A stretch of DNA of 61,315 nt from a virus (Duplodnaviria; Caudoviricetes): positions 1-61,315 of the IMG/VR virus record IMGVR_UViG_3300035665_000037, one strand, 5' to 3'. Of the stretch, positions 19,917-27,048 are shown piece after piece (the first letter of the stretch is position 1; every line of letters starts with the position of its first letter). The position numbers were made by a program, and so were the translations under genes. The notes beneath the pieces were generated by a model. The model saw nothing but the letters and a program-made list of their open reading frames with translations, was not told where the DNA came from and did no database searches.

Positions 19917-20035
19917 CTTCCTTGCCCCCTATATTTTTTTGGTTTTGGACTATGTTTGTTGTACGACTTCTTAGCTACACCGGACTTTCTTTTTCCGAAA
20001 CTAATCTTCTTTATATTTGAAACAGACTTCGCCAT
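19913..20035 (-). CDS. Small basic protein (40 aa; not in ORF track)
   Basis: MAKSVSNIKKISFGKRKSGVAKKSYNKHSPKPKKYRGQGR; fills the gap with TAATG and ATGA overlaps. Confidence 0.75.
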   Translation of the reverse strand: MAKSVSNIKKISFGKRKSGVAKKSYNKHSPKPKKYRGQGR

Positions 20036-20322
20036 TATCCTTTCAGTATTTCAATGATTGCCTTTAAAGCCCCAAGTCCAACAAGCGTAACAAGAGCATA
20101 GAAGTAAGCTTTATATTTTTTTATCTCAGCCTTTAGCGTATACACTTCTTTTTTCATTGCACGCAAATCTCCGATCATCCCACTTGAATCTTTATCAATT
20201 GGGTTTCCGGATAAAATATGGTACATGTCTGTAACCATAGCCTTCACATCAGCCATATCTTTTTTCAGCGCATCTAACTCTGCTGCCATATAATCAAGCC
20301 TGTTGTTTTCTTGCGGATTCAT
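20035..20322 (-). CDS. Coiled-coil protein with C-terminal TM helix (possible holin/antiholin)
   Basis: 95 aa; C-terminal YFYALVTLVGLGAL. Confidence 0.6.
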   Translation of the reverse strand: MNPQENNRLDYMAAELDALKKDMADVKAMVTDMYHILSGNPIDKDSSGMIGDLRAMKKEVYTLKAEIKKYKAYFYALVTLVGLGALKAIIEILKG

Positions 20323-20344
20323 TTAACTTGTATTGTAATTGCGA

Positions 20345-20602
20345 TTACCATAATGCAATAATATTATTTGCGTTTGTTGTTGATGCAAACACTCTGATTA
20401 CTTGAACAGGAAGAAAGGTTCCGTTCGCTACGTTTGTAAACGTGATGTCATCGCCTGCTGCAGTAAGTACACGAAGTGTTCCTCCTGTACCAACATACAA
20501 TACGCATCCTTCTACTTCACCATTACCCGGATTCGGAATATCTACTGTGTCACTCTTTGTAACAACAGCAGCTCTCGATGGTTGGAGTTTTTGATATGCC
20601 AT
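20345..20602 (-). CDS. Small beta-rich putative structural protein
   Basis: LYVGTGGTLRV..GDDITF..GTFLPVQVIRV..T.A.NIIALW pattern. Confidence 0.65.
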   Translation of the reverse strand: MAYQKLQPSRAAVVTKSDTVDIPNPGNGEVEGCVLYVGTGGTLRVLTAAGDDITFTNVANGTFLPVQVIRVFASTTNANNIIALW

Positions 20603-20604
20603 GA

Positions 20605-20790
20605 TTAATTTGTTTTTGGTTGTTCGTTATTATTATTATATGGGAATACACGATTTAGTGTATCACGTCTTTTTGCGCAGCCACAATCTTTACCTGTAGC
20701 CTTTGCAACAGTCTCTACTACCTTCTTGATTCCGGTAGCAGTTGTGATCTTTTCAATCGTATCTCCGAGCCCTTTACTTTTTTCTTCCAT
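20605..20790 (-). CDS. Hypothetical protein (GLGDT..CGC motif)
   Basis: Start reassigned to MEEKSKGLGDTIEKIT at 20790. Confidence 0.7.
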   Translation of the reverse strand: MEEKSKGLGDTIEKITTATGIKKVVETVAKATGKDCGCAKRRDTLNRVFPYNNNNEQPKTN

Positions 20791-20923
20791 GACTTGCCAT
20801 TTTTTGAAACTTAGTTTTACCATATTTCTTACGACCTATAGAAGCAACAATGGCATTGGCTCTTTCGGAACCAATGCCTTGCTTCTTTTGTATCTTCTCA
20901 GAAAGTTTACTAAACTTGCTCAT
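20774..20923 (-). CDS. Small basic protein (49 aa; not in ORF track)
   Basis: MSKFSKLSEKIQKKQGIGSERANAIVASIGRKKYGKTKFQKMASHGRKK fills the gap between neighbours. Confidence 0.7.
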   Translation of the reverse strand: MSKFSKLSEKIQKKQGIGSERANAIVASIGRKKYGKTKFQKMASHGRKK

Positions 20924-21317
20924 CTTCCTCTGATGGTTTTTCAGGCTCTATGCCTTCAACCCATCCTGCGAGGAATTTGAAGTCTTCGATGCCTTCTGTT
21001 GAAAATGTAAATTGATAAAAATCAAAAGTGTCATCGAGTAGTTTCTTCATATCTTTTGCCATTGCCTTGATGCCATCCTTAGTGAATTTGTATTCACCTT
21101 TCTCGTTTAGCTCCAACACACCTTTGCTATCTACAAATGCGTGATCAAGACGAATGTCCTCTCTTTTCTCGTTGTACGATTCAAAAAGAGGTTTGATTTT
21201 TTCAGCGATCTTCTTAAGTTTCGCTTCTGTTTTGCTACCCTTTTCTGCCGGAGTCATGTTCAGTGCACGCACTAAATCTAATAACTCTGCGTTTGATTTG
21301 TTAACTTTTGTTGCCAT
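20910..21317 (-). CDS. Hypothetical protein
   Basis: 135 aa, AAATCAAATCAA leader. Confidence 0.7.
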   Translation of the reverse strand: MATKVNKSNAELLDLVRALNMTPAEKGSKTEAKLKKIAEKIKPLFESYNEKREDIRLDHAFVDSKGVLELNEKGEYKFTKDGIKAMAKDMKKLLDDTFDFYQFTFSTEGIEDFKFLAGWVEGIEPEKPSEEDEQV

Positions 21318-21342
21318 TTGATTTGATTTTTAATTTATGAAA

Positions 21343-21350
21343 CAAATATA
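21343..21350 (-). promoter_or_regulatory. Bacteroidota-type -7 element (TATATTTG)
   Basis: TAnnTTTG upstream of 21317. Confidence 0.55.
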
Positions 21351-21689
21351 CTAAACTTTGGAAACTCTTTTACCCATTCCAACTCTACTTTTCTCAGCTT
21401 TTTTCGCTGCGAGCTTTGATGAACTAATCTCACTCTTCGTCTTTGGTGTCTCAGAGGAAACTCGCTTGGTTGGTCGGCAGTATTCATTCTTGCCACCGGC
21501 TCCACATGCCTTACCACTCTTGGTATCAACCCACTTCTCAGATTGCCATCTTTTCAATGCAGTGCCCTGTTCACTTTTGCGAACAGTACCCGATTGTTTC
21601 CTACACTTAGCAATAGCCTGTGAGGCCCTTGCAGACGGAAACACATCGTAGCTTGCCTTTACTTTTTTATAGCATGCGTCCTTTGGCAT
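21351..21689 (-). CDS. Basic Cys-containing phage protein
   Basis: MPKDACYKKVK..FPSARAS..LKRWQSEKWVD..CG..YCRPTKRVS. Confidence 0.7.
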   Translation of the reverse strand: MPKDACYKKVKASYDVFPSARASQAIAKCRKQSGTVRKSEQGTALKRWQSEKWVDTKSGKACGAGGKNEYCRPTKRVSSETPKTKSEISSSKLAAKKAEKSRVGMGKRVSKV

Positions 21690-21690
21690 C

Positions 21691-21897
21691 TTAGTAAGAT
21701 TTACCTATGCTTGTGCGCTTGCCATCAATTTTCTCTACGCTCTTGTAGCCACGCTTGTTGACAACTTCTTTGCCAACTCTTGTAGAGCCATCCTCTAACG
21801 TAGTGATTCTTTTGCTCACTATTCTGTTTGGGCCTTCTTTTCTTTTTGTGATCACGTCAATATCTCTATTGCGGAATGGTATGCTGTTATAATCCAT
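21691..21897 (-). CDS. Small hypothetical protein
   Basis: Start reassigned to MDYNSIPFRNRD at 21897, just after the previous stop. Confidence 0.55.
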   Translation of the reverse strand: MDYNSIPFRNRDIDVITKRKEGPNRIVSKRITTLEDGSTRVGKEVVNKRGYKSVEKIDGKRTSIGKSY

Positions 21898-21901
21898 GAT
21901 C

Positions 21902-22192
21902 TTAATATTTTCCTTTTTTCGATTTCGGTGAAGATTGTGTCGATCCCCCCGGACCTGCCCACAAATTTTTACAAGCCCAATACCTCGCAGATAACTTATC
22001 GTTGGCTGACGAGCACTTGTGCCTCGCTTTAAATGAAGACCGTGCCGCAGCACTGTAGTTATGGCCGTAGCCCTCGGCACCGAAGTGAATAAGTTTCTCT
22101 TGCCCATTTGCACAGGCCTTCACCATCCGCTTCTTGCCGGGCCTATCAGAAGCCACGACACGGTTACATTTCATTTTGCTTTTAGTTGCCAT
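21902..22192 (-). CDS. Basic phage protein
   Basis: KLIHFGAEGY..SFKARHKC..ARYWACKNLW. Confidence 0.7.
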   Translation of the reverse strand: MATKSKMKCNRVVASDRPGKKRMVKACANGQEKLIHFGAEGYGHNYSAAARSSFKARHKCSSANDKLSARYWACKNLWAGPGGSTQSSPKSKKGKY

Positions 22193-22770
22193 TACTTCTT
22201 CTTCTTTGCAGCTTTCTTCATAACGGCTTTAACAACTTTCTTTGCAGCAGCCTTCTTTACCATTCCTTTGCCGGAAGATACAGGTGGCTGAAGCATAGAA
22301 GAAGCAGGCAAATTTGGTTTTGCTTTTTTCATTGCTTTTGATTTTTGAGGGTTAGAAATTATTTCTTTGGTTTTTTTGGCTTTGGCATCGTGATGCCCTG
22401 AACCTTCTTTGTGCACGGTGTGTCCATGTTCTTTTGTTTTATTGGTGATAATATCTTTGCCTTTGGATACAGTAACTCTACCATTCTCAACATCAACCTT
22501 CATTGGTTCTGTTTTGTCTTTCGATACTTCAGTAATCAACTCTTTGATGATAGTTATCTCAGGTTTGTCTTCTTTGTCTTTCGCTCCAACAATGTGTTGA
22601 AGTATTCCAATCAAAGCCATTGAACTCGTAGCAACAAGTCCAATCACTGCAGGAAGAACACCGCTATCCAAAAACATAGAACTGACAACACCGATCAACA
22701 CAAGAAGTGTGATGTAGTTGATAGCATTTTTGCCCAAATGCTTGGAAGCTATTTCTTTTGCAGATTCCAT
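22192..22770 (-). CDS. Membrane protein with Lys/Ala-rich tail (possible internal start at 22332)
   Basis: Two N-terminal TM helices; C-terminal KKAAAKKVVKAVMKKAAKKKK. Confidence 0.6.
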   Translation of the reverse strand: MESAKEIASKHLGKNAINYITLLVLIGVVSSMFLDSGVLPAVIGLVATSSMALIGILQHIVGAKDKEDKPEITIIKELITEVSKDKTEPMKVDVENGRVTVSKGKDIITNKTKEHGHTVHKEGSGHHDAKAKKTKEIISNPQKSKAMKKAKPNLPASSMLQPPVSSGKGMVKKAAAKKVVKAVMKKAAKKKK

Positions 22771-22774
22771 GTTC

Positions 22775-22794
22775 TATCTTTGTACACAAATGTA
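22775..22794. promoter_or_regulatory. Overlapping divergent -7 promoter elements
   Basis: TATCTTTG (+, 22775-22782) and TACATTTG (-, 22787-22794) in a 29-bp gap between divergent genes. Confidence 0.6.
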
Positions 22795-22799
22795 ATAAA

Positions 22800-23252
22800 A
22801 TGAAATCAGATTATTTAAAATATTGGAGAGTTGTTTGTCAATATACTAAAACTCGGTACAATTTGAGCCAATCAGATCTTGATATGCTCCTTTTCTTGTA
22901 CTCAGAGCCATATTTCAAAATCAGTAAATTCAGGGAGTTTGAAGAAATAATCCCTTGGGACCGGGGAAGATTCGGTCGATTACTCAAAGATGGATGGATC
23001 GAGAACTTTAGACCGGGCACAAAAGGCCAACGAGCTATCTACAACCTATCGTTCAAGGCTAAGCGAATGATCGCCTCAATATACAAGAAACTGAACGGGG
23101 AAGAGATACCCGAAACAGTATGCAATAACCCTATGTTCAAAAAGAACGTAAGCTATACCGATAAGATGTACCGGGAGTTTATCAAGAATATGAACAAAGC
23201 AAACAGAGAAGCCCGGGCTACAGGACAACTACAACATCACGTTCCTGAATAA
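22800..23252 (+). CDS. Putative winged-helix DNA-binding protein
   Basis: Start MKSDYLKYW at 22800; LSQSDLDMLLFLY...LLKDGWIE...IYNLSFKAK resembles a MarR-like wHTH; only + strand gene in this block. Confidence 0.55.
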   Translation: MKSDYLKYWRVVCQYTKTRYNLSQSDLDMLLFLYSEPYFKISKFREFEEIIPWDRGRFGRLLKDGWIENFRPGTKGQRAIYNLSFKAKRMIASIYKKLNGEEIPETVCNNPMFKKNVSYTDKMYREFIKNMNKANREARATGQLQHHVPE

Positions 23253-23475
23253 TCGTGAAAGGCTCGTCACCAATGATCATGGTATAGCTCTGCGCCTTGT
23301 CGTAGTACACATTATCTCCTTCAGAGATGGAGAGGACCTCAGTGCCGGGAGTCACTACTACGCCACGCTTGTAGCGTAGCTGATTGGTGTCCTCACCTGA
23401 CAGGACAAGCCCTGACGCTGTCTTGATCTCCTCGTCTACTTGCCTGATTACTATGTTTTTTCCTATTGCCTTCAT
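23218..23475 (-). CDS. groES: Co-chaperonin GroES
   Basis: KTASGLVL mobile loop, GVVVTPG, EGDNVYY, ERDVVVVL. Confidence 0.85.
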   Translation of the reverse strand: MKAIGKNIVIRQVDEEIKTASGLVLSGEDTNQLRYKRGVVVTPGTEVLSISEGDNVYYDKAQSYTMIIGDEPFTIIQERDVVVVL

Positions 23476-23485
23476 AAGTTTTGCT

Positions 23486-23668
23486 TTAGTTATCTCTATC
23501 TATTTCGCTCCAATGCCCACACTTAGGGCACTCAAGCAAATCGCCATGGTGCAGTTCCACATGAAACTCCGTCCACTCAATCTTGCCGGCCTCGACCATA
23601 GCAAGCCACTTATAGTTGCACTGCTCGCACTCCATCGGATATGCTACGTTCTCAGTCCCTACTTGCAT
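23486..23668 (-). CDS. Zinc-ribbon protein
   Basis: CEQC...CPKC. Confidence 0.6.
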   Translation of the reverse strand: MQVGTENVAYPMECEQCNYKWLAMVEAGKIEWTEFHVELHHGDLLECPKCGHWSEIDRDN

Positions 23669-23900
23669 AAGTATTTACGAATAATGGGGTTTGCTCGCCA
23701 ACATAGGCTCCAACAATATTAAACTCGTAGTACTCAATCGCCTCATCATGGTCCATTCCCTGATCCATCAGTATCTCAATCACCTTGTCAATGTTATACA
23801 CCACCCTCATGGTCATAGGCTCAATCCCAATGACAGCGTCATCAAACCCATCAGCAATTAACACGTCCTCGTAATCCTCGAGTATCTTACTTAGTTTCAT
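23652..23900 (-). CDS. Acidic hypothetical phage protein
   Basis: Start MKLSKIL at 23900; ADGFDDAVIG..VVY..EAIEYYEFNIVGAYVGEQTP. Confidence 0.7.
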   Translation of the reverse strand: MKLSKILEDYEDVLIADGFDDAVIGIEPMTMRVVYNIDKVIEILMDQGMDHDEAIEYYEFNIVGAYVGEQTPLFVNTYASRD

Positions 23901-25485
23901 AACTTCTTGCCATTGTGATGATCGCATTGGTTGAAAGGATGGTAGTAGCCACACTCACTGCATTCTGTAGTGCTGAGCGTGTCACCTTAAGTGGATCAAT
24001 GACACCCATCTTGATGAGGTCTCCGACCTCCTTAGTCTTCACATTCAGACCGATGCCATCGGAGATGTCAACGGTATAATGGTCCTCGACCTTCAGCCCT
24101 GCGTTTGTCAGTATCTGAGTAAGCGGAGCCTTGAGTGCCGCATCCAAAATTGAAGCAGCGATGTCCTGCTCTTCGGAGGTTACTTCGCCAACGAGATCGT
24201 AGACTTGTACTTCATACAAGGCTTTGCCACCACCGGGAAGGATCCCTTCCTCAAGTGCAGACCTTACCGCACACACCGCATCGTCAACCCTATCATACAA
24301 CTCCTTCTGCTCAAGGTCAGTGTTACCACCTACGTAGATCACACCAATACCTCCCGTTAGAGACGCTATACGTTCTAACAGATGATCTTTGTCAGCCTTC
24401 CTCTTTGCTACCTTATGCGCATCCCAAAGTTGGTTTACTCTCTCCTCGATCTTGGTTTCGTCTATCCTCAAATCAGATTTTAGGATGATGGTCTTATCTT
24501 TCGACACCACCACCTTAGCCGCATGGCCGAGGTCGGTATAACTTATCTGCGATAAGTCATCACCGGTCTTCTCGCTGAAGTATGTCGCTCCGACACTCAC
24601 CGCAAGATCCTGCATCAGCTCGTGCTGCTTGTACCCAAAGCTCGGTGGTTGAACCACGCAAAGCTTCAAGTTGTTCTTCATCACATTAGCCGCAAGCGTA
24701 TTCACCACATTCACGTGGCAGTTCGATACGATCAGAAGCTTCTTACCCTCTTGGATAATTGGTTTCAATACGTTCTCGATCTGCAAAATGTTCCCAATCT
24801 CAATGTCAGCCACAAGTACCATCACGTCCTCAAAAACACACTCGTCCCTACCCTGATCGTTTATAAACAATGGGCTCAAATAACCCCTGTCGATCTTCAA
24901 CCCTTTGGTGGTCTCAGCATAGGTGTCCTGAGTTTGACTGCGCTCCACAGTGACAATGCCACTGCGCCCCACGTCTTTATACACTTCGGCGATGATCCTA
25001 CCGATCTCCCGGTCATTGTTAGCCGAGATAGTAGCCACATCGTTCAGCATGCTGCCCGATACTTTCTTACTGCGCCTGCGCAGCTTATCCACCACCTTGT
25101 TACTTATTTCCACCATATTGCGAAGGACCTCGGTCCTGTTATGGTGTGGCTTAATACCATTCATACCCCCCTCAACCAACGCCTCCGTTAAGACAATAGC
25201 CGTGGTCGTACCATCACCGGCTGATGTAGCCGTACGGTCTGCCGCCTCCTTCATCATCTTAACCGCAAGGTTCTCGACAGGATCAAGTAGGTCAACCGCC
25301 TTGGCAACCGTCACGCCATCTTTGGTGACGGTGATGCCATGCGTATGTTGGGGGGATTCAATAAGTACTGTATTACCGGATGGACCAAGTGTGCTCTTAA
25401 CAGCACTTGAAATCTTCTTTATGCCGGAAATTAATTTAACTCTGCCGACTTCGTCAAAGACCAATTCTTTAGGTGAGTATTCCAT
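23887..25485 (-). CDS. groEL: Chaperonin GroEL (phage-encoded)
   Basis: TLGPSG, VTKDGVTVA, AGDGTTTA, EEGILPGGG and GVIDPLKVTRSAL motifs; no C-terminal GGM repeats. Confidence 0.97.
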   Translation of the reverse strand: MEYSPKELVFDEVGRVKLISGIKKISSAVKSTLGPSGNTVLIESPQHTHGITVTKDGVTVAKAVDLLDPVENLAVKMMKEAADRTATSAGDGTTTAIVLTEALVEGGMNGIKPHHNRTEVLRNMVEISNKVVDKLRRRSKKVSGSMLNDVATISANNDREIGRIIAEVYKDVGRSGIVTVERSQTQDTYAETTKGLKIDRGYLSPLFINDQGRDECVFEDVMVLVADIEIGNILQIENVLKPIIQEGKKLLIVSNCHVNVVNTLAANVMKNNLKLCVVQPPSFGYKQHELMQDLAVSVGATYFSEKTGDDLSQISYTDLGHAAKVVVSKDKTIILKSDLRIDETKIEERVNQLWDAHKVAKRKADKDHLLERIASLTGGIGVIYVGGNTDLEQKELYDRVDDAVCAVRSALEEGILPGGGKALYEVQVYDLVGEVTSEEQDIAASILDAALKAPLTQILTNAGLKVEDHYTVDISDGIGLNVKTKEVGDLIKMGVIDPLKVTRSALQNAVSVATTILSTNAIITMARSYETK

Positions 25486-25499
25486 TTGATTCGATTTAG

Positions 25500-25522
25500 T
25501 TCACAATGGTAACCATTGTGAA
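25500..25522. promoter_or_regulatory. Perfect inverted repeat (candidate operator) in the groEL leader
   Basis: TTCACAATGGT-A-ACCATTGTGAA. Confidence 0.6.
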
Positions 25523-25523
25523 G

Positions 25524-25531
25524 CAAATATA
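25524..25531 (-). promoter_or_regulatory. Bacteroidota-type -7 element for the groEL operon
   Basis: TATATTTG. Confidence 0.55.
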
Positions 25532-25596
25532 AAACGATTCCTTCTATAAAAACAAGAATATTTATTTATTGTTCAATTTACGTATAACCCCAACTA

Positions 25597-25768
25597 CGAC
25601 ATGCTATATGTCGAGTTCTTCTCCCCTATTATATATATATATATTCCTCCTTTTATATAGATTTTTCCCATTAGAAAGTAAAGTTAAAATCGACATAATC
25701 TATCAGTAAATTGAAAATCAAATAGTTAGAAAATAGAAATCGACATAAAAACGACACAGCAATGACAG
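25597..25768. repeat. Origin-like element A (YGACAT iterons, AT-rich core, IHF-like sites)
   Basis: CGACAT at 25597, 25691, 25741; inverted ATGTCG at 25608; (TA)n core; AATCAAATAGTTA. Confidence 0.6.
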
Positions 25769-25851
25769 ATAATCGGGTATTTAAAAGAGTGAAGGGGAAA
25801 AACCACAACTGTGATCCCTCCCCTTCTTAAGTAGACCTGTACAATTTTTGT

Positions 25852-26049
25852 CTAATAACGCTTTCCTTCCTTCAAAGACTCACTCAAATCGGACATCTTA
25901 TCTCCACGATAAACAGCTTCAGCCATCATCTGAATCTTCTGTTCACGCTTCAAGTCCTTTTTAATCTGAGCAGCCTGTTGAATACCGGTAACACTATTAG
26001 GACGATTGTTAATAAGCCTACCGTTCCTAACCGTTAAATCGTTGTACAT
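25852..26049 (-). CDS. Hypothetical protein
   Basis: 65-aa ORF, first gene of the leftward arm. Confidence 0.65.
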   Translation of the reverse strand: MYNDLTVRNGRLINNRPNSVTGIQQAAQIKKDLKREQKIQMMAEAVYRGDKMSDLSESLKEGKRY

Positions 26050-26203
26050 GGTATAAAGTTAATAAAAGTTTAGATAAGTACAGTGTCGGGGTTATACCCC
26101 GGTTTGACGCAGCCGCCCCGGTTTCCGAAACGGATTTTTTTTGCAGGGGTGGGGGTGCAAGTTGTCCCGGCTTCGTGCAACTTTTTGGCTTTTCCCTTTG
26201 CTA

Positions 26204-26300
26204 CATGATCCCGGCATGATCCCGGCCCATGATCCCGGACCGGGTACCCGGTCCCGGACCTTCACCGGATCCCGGACGTCCCTTCTTTTCCGTCCCGGCT
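26204..26300. repeat. CATGATCCCGG tandem repeats and palindrome cluster
   Basis: CATGATCCCGG at 26204, 26215, 26228; palindrome GGACCGGGTACCCGGTCC at 26237-26254. Confidence 0.85.
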
Positions 26301-26473
26301 CCCGTCCCTTGCTTCGATCCTATTTCAAAGCATACATGAACAGAAAGGCGGGGTTATACCCGTCCCGTTGTAATGATCCCGGATAACCTGAAAAAAACTT
26401 TTACCCATAACTCATTGATAATCAGCGTGTTTATTACTCGTTCAAAAAAATATCAAAAAAAGTTTAAAATAAA

Positions 26474-26506
26474 TTTGGAATTAAACATGAATTGAACGTA
26501 TATTGC
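26474..26506 (+). promoter_or_regulatory. Putative early promoter
   Basis: TTTG (26474) ... TATATTGC (26499), near match to the Bacteroidota -33/-7 consensus. Confidence 0.5.
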
Positions 26507-26544
26507 ACTCGAATTGATCAACTAACAAACAAAATTTAAACATC

Positions 26545-26805
26545 ATGACAAAATTTGAACACGCTATTCAGCAAGTAAACGAAGGTACGTTGCAGGCTCC
26601 TTCTGTTAATTATCAAGGTAAGGCCGTTAATTATTTCGCTTATCAATTAAGCGTTCATCACTTTTATTTAAAACTTATGGCAAAGGGTATCGGCAACAGA
26701 CAAATAAAACTGAAGGATCTTAAGGAATATTATGGCCTGAAGGGTAAAACGGCTTCGGACGTTCTTATTCAGTTTGAAGCATTAAGGGAAAGGGTATTAG
26801 GTTAA
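26545..26805 (+). CDS. First early protein, hypothetical
   Basis: 86 aa, A-rich leader. Confidence 0.75.
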   Translation: MTKFEHAIQQVNEGTLQAPSVNYQGKAVNYFAYQLSVHHFYLKLMAKGIGNRQIKLKDLKEYYGLKGKTASDVLIQFEALRERVLG

Positions 26806-26851
26806 CTGAAGAGACTTTAGTAGTCGAAACGGGCTTCGGCCCGTCTTAACC
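26800..26851 (+). ncRNA. Type I hammerhead ribozyme
   Basis: GGUUAA CUGAAGA GACU-uuagu-AGUC GAAA CGGGC-uucg-GCCCG UC UUAACC: complete core plus three stems. Confidence 0.9.
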
Positions 26852-26867
26852 AATTAAATTAAATATC

Positions 26868-27047
26868 ATGAAAAAAATGATCTGTTTATTCGCTACAATT
26901 TATTTGGCCTTCATGACCTTCATGATCCCGGCCATGTTCTTCATGTTTACGGATCCAACGGCCGTGAATTTATGTATGGCTTCGATCCTTACGGCCGTTT
27001 GCGGCCTTGCTTCTTATAATTATTTTCTAACCTACAAATCAAAGTAA
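26868..27047 (+). CDS. Small membrane protein (59 aa; not in ORF track)
   Basis: MKKMICLFATIYLAFMTFMIPAMFFMFTDPTAVNLCMASILTAVCGLASYNYFLTYKSK; fills the gap up to 27049. Confidence 0.65.
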   Translation: MKKMICLFATIYLAFMTFMIPAMFFMFTDPTAVNLCMASILTAVCGLASYNYFLTYKSK

Positions 27048-27048
27048 A

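Noticed and set aside
24135-25489. Long + strand ORFs opposite groEL (and similar ORFs opposite other long genes)
   Set aside because: Antisense shadows of well-supported genes, with no leaders or recognisable motifs
25500-25522. CIRCE/HrcA operator
   Set aside because: Does not match TTAGCACTC-N9-GAGTGCTAA
26204-26300. CRISPR array
   Set aside because: Repeats are 8-11 bp with no spacers of regular length, and no cas genes are present
26141-26386. 81-aa + strand ORF
   Set aside because: TTG start and Pro/Gly/Arg content produced by the GATCCCGG repeats; lies upstream of the early promoter
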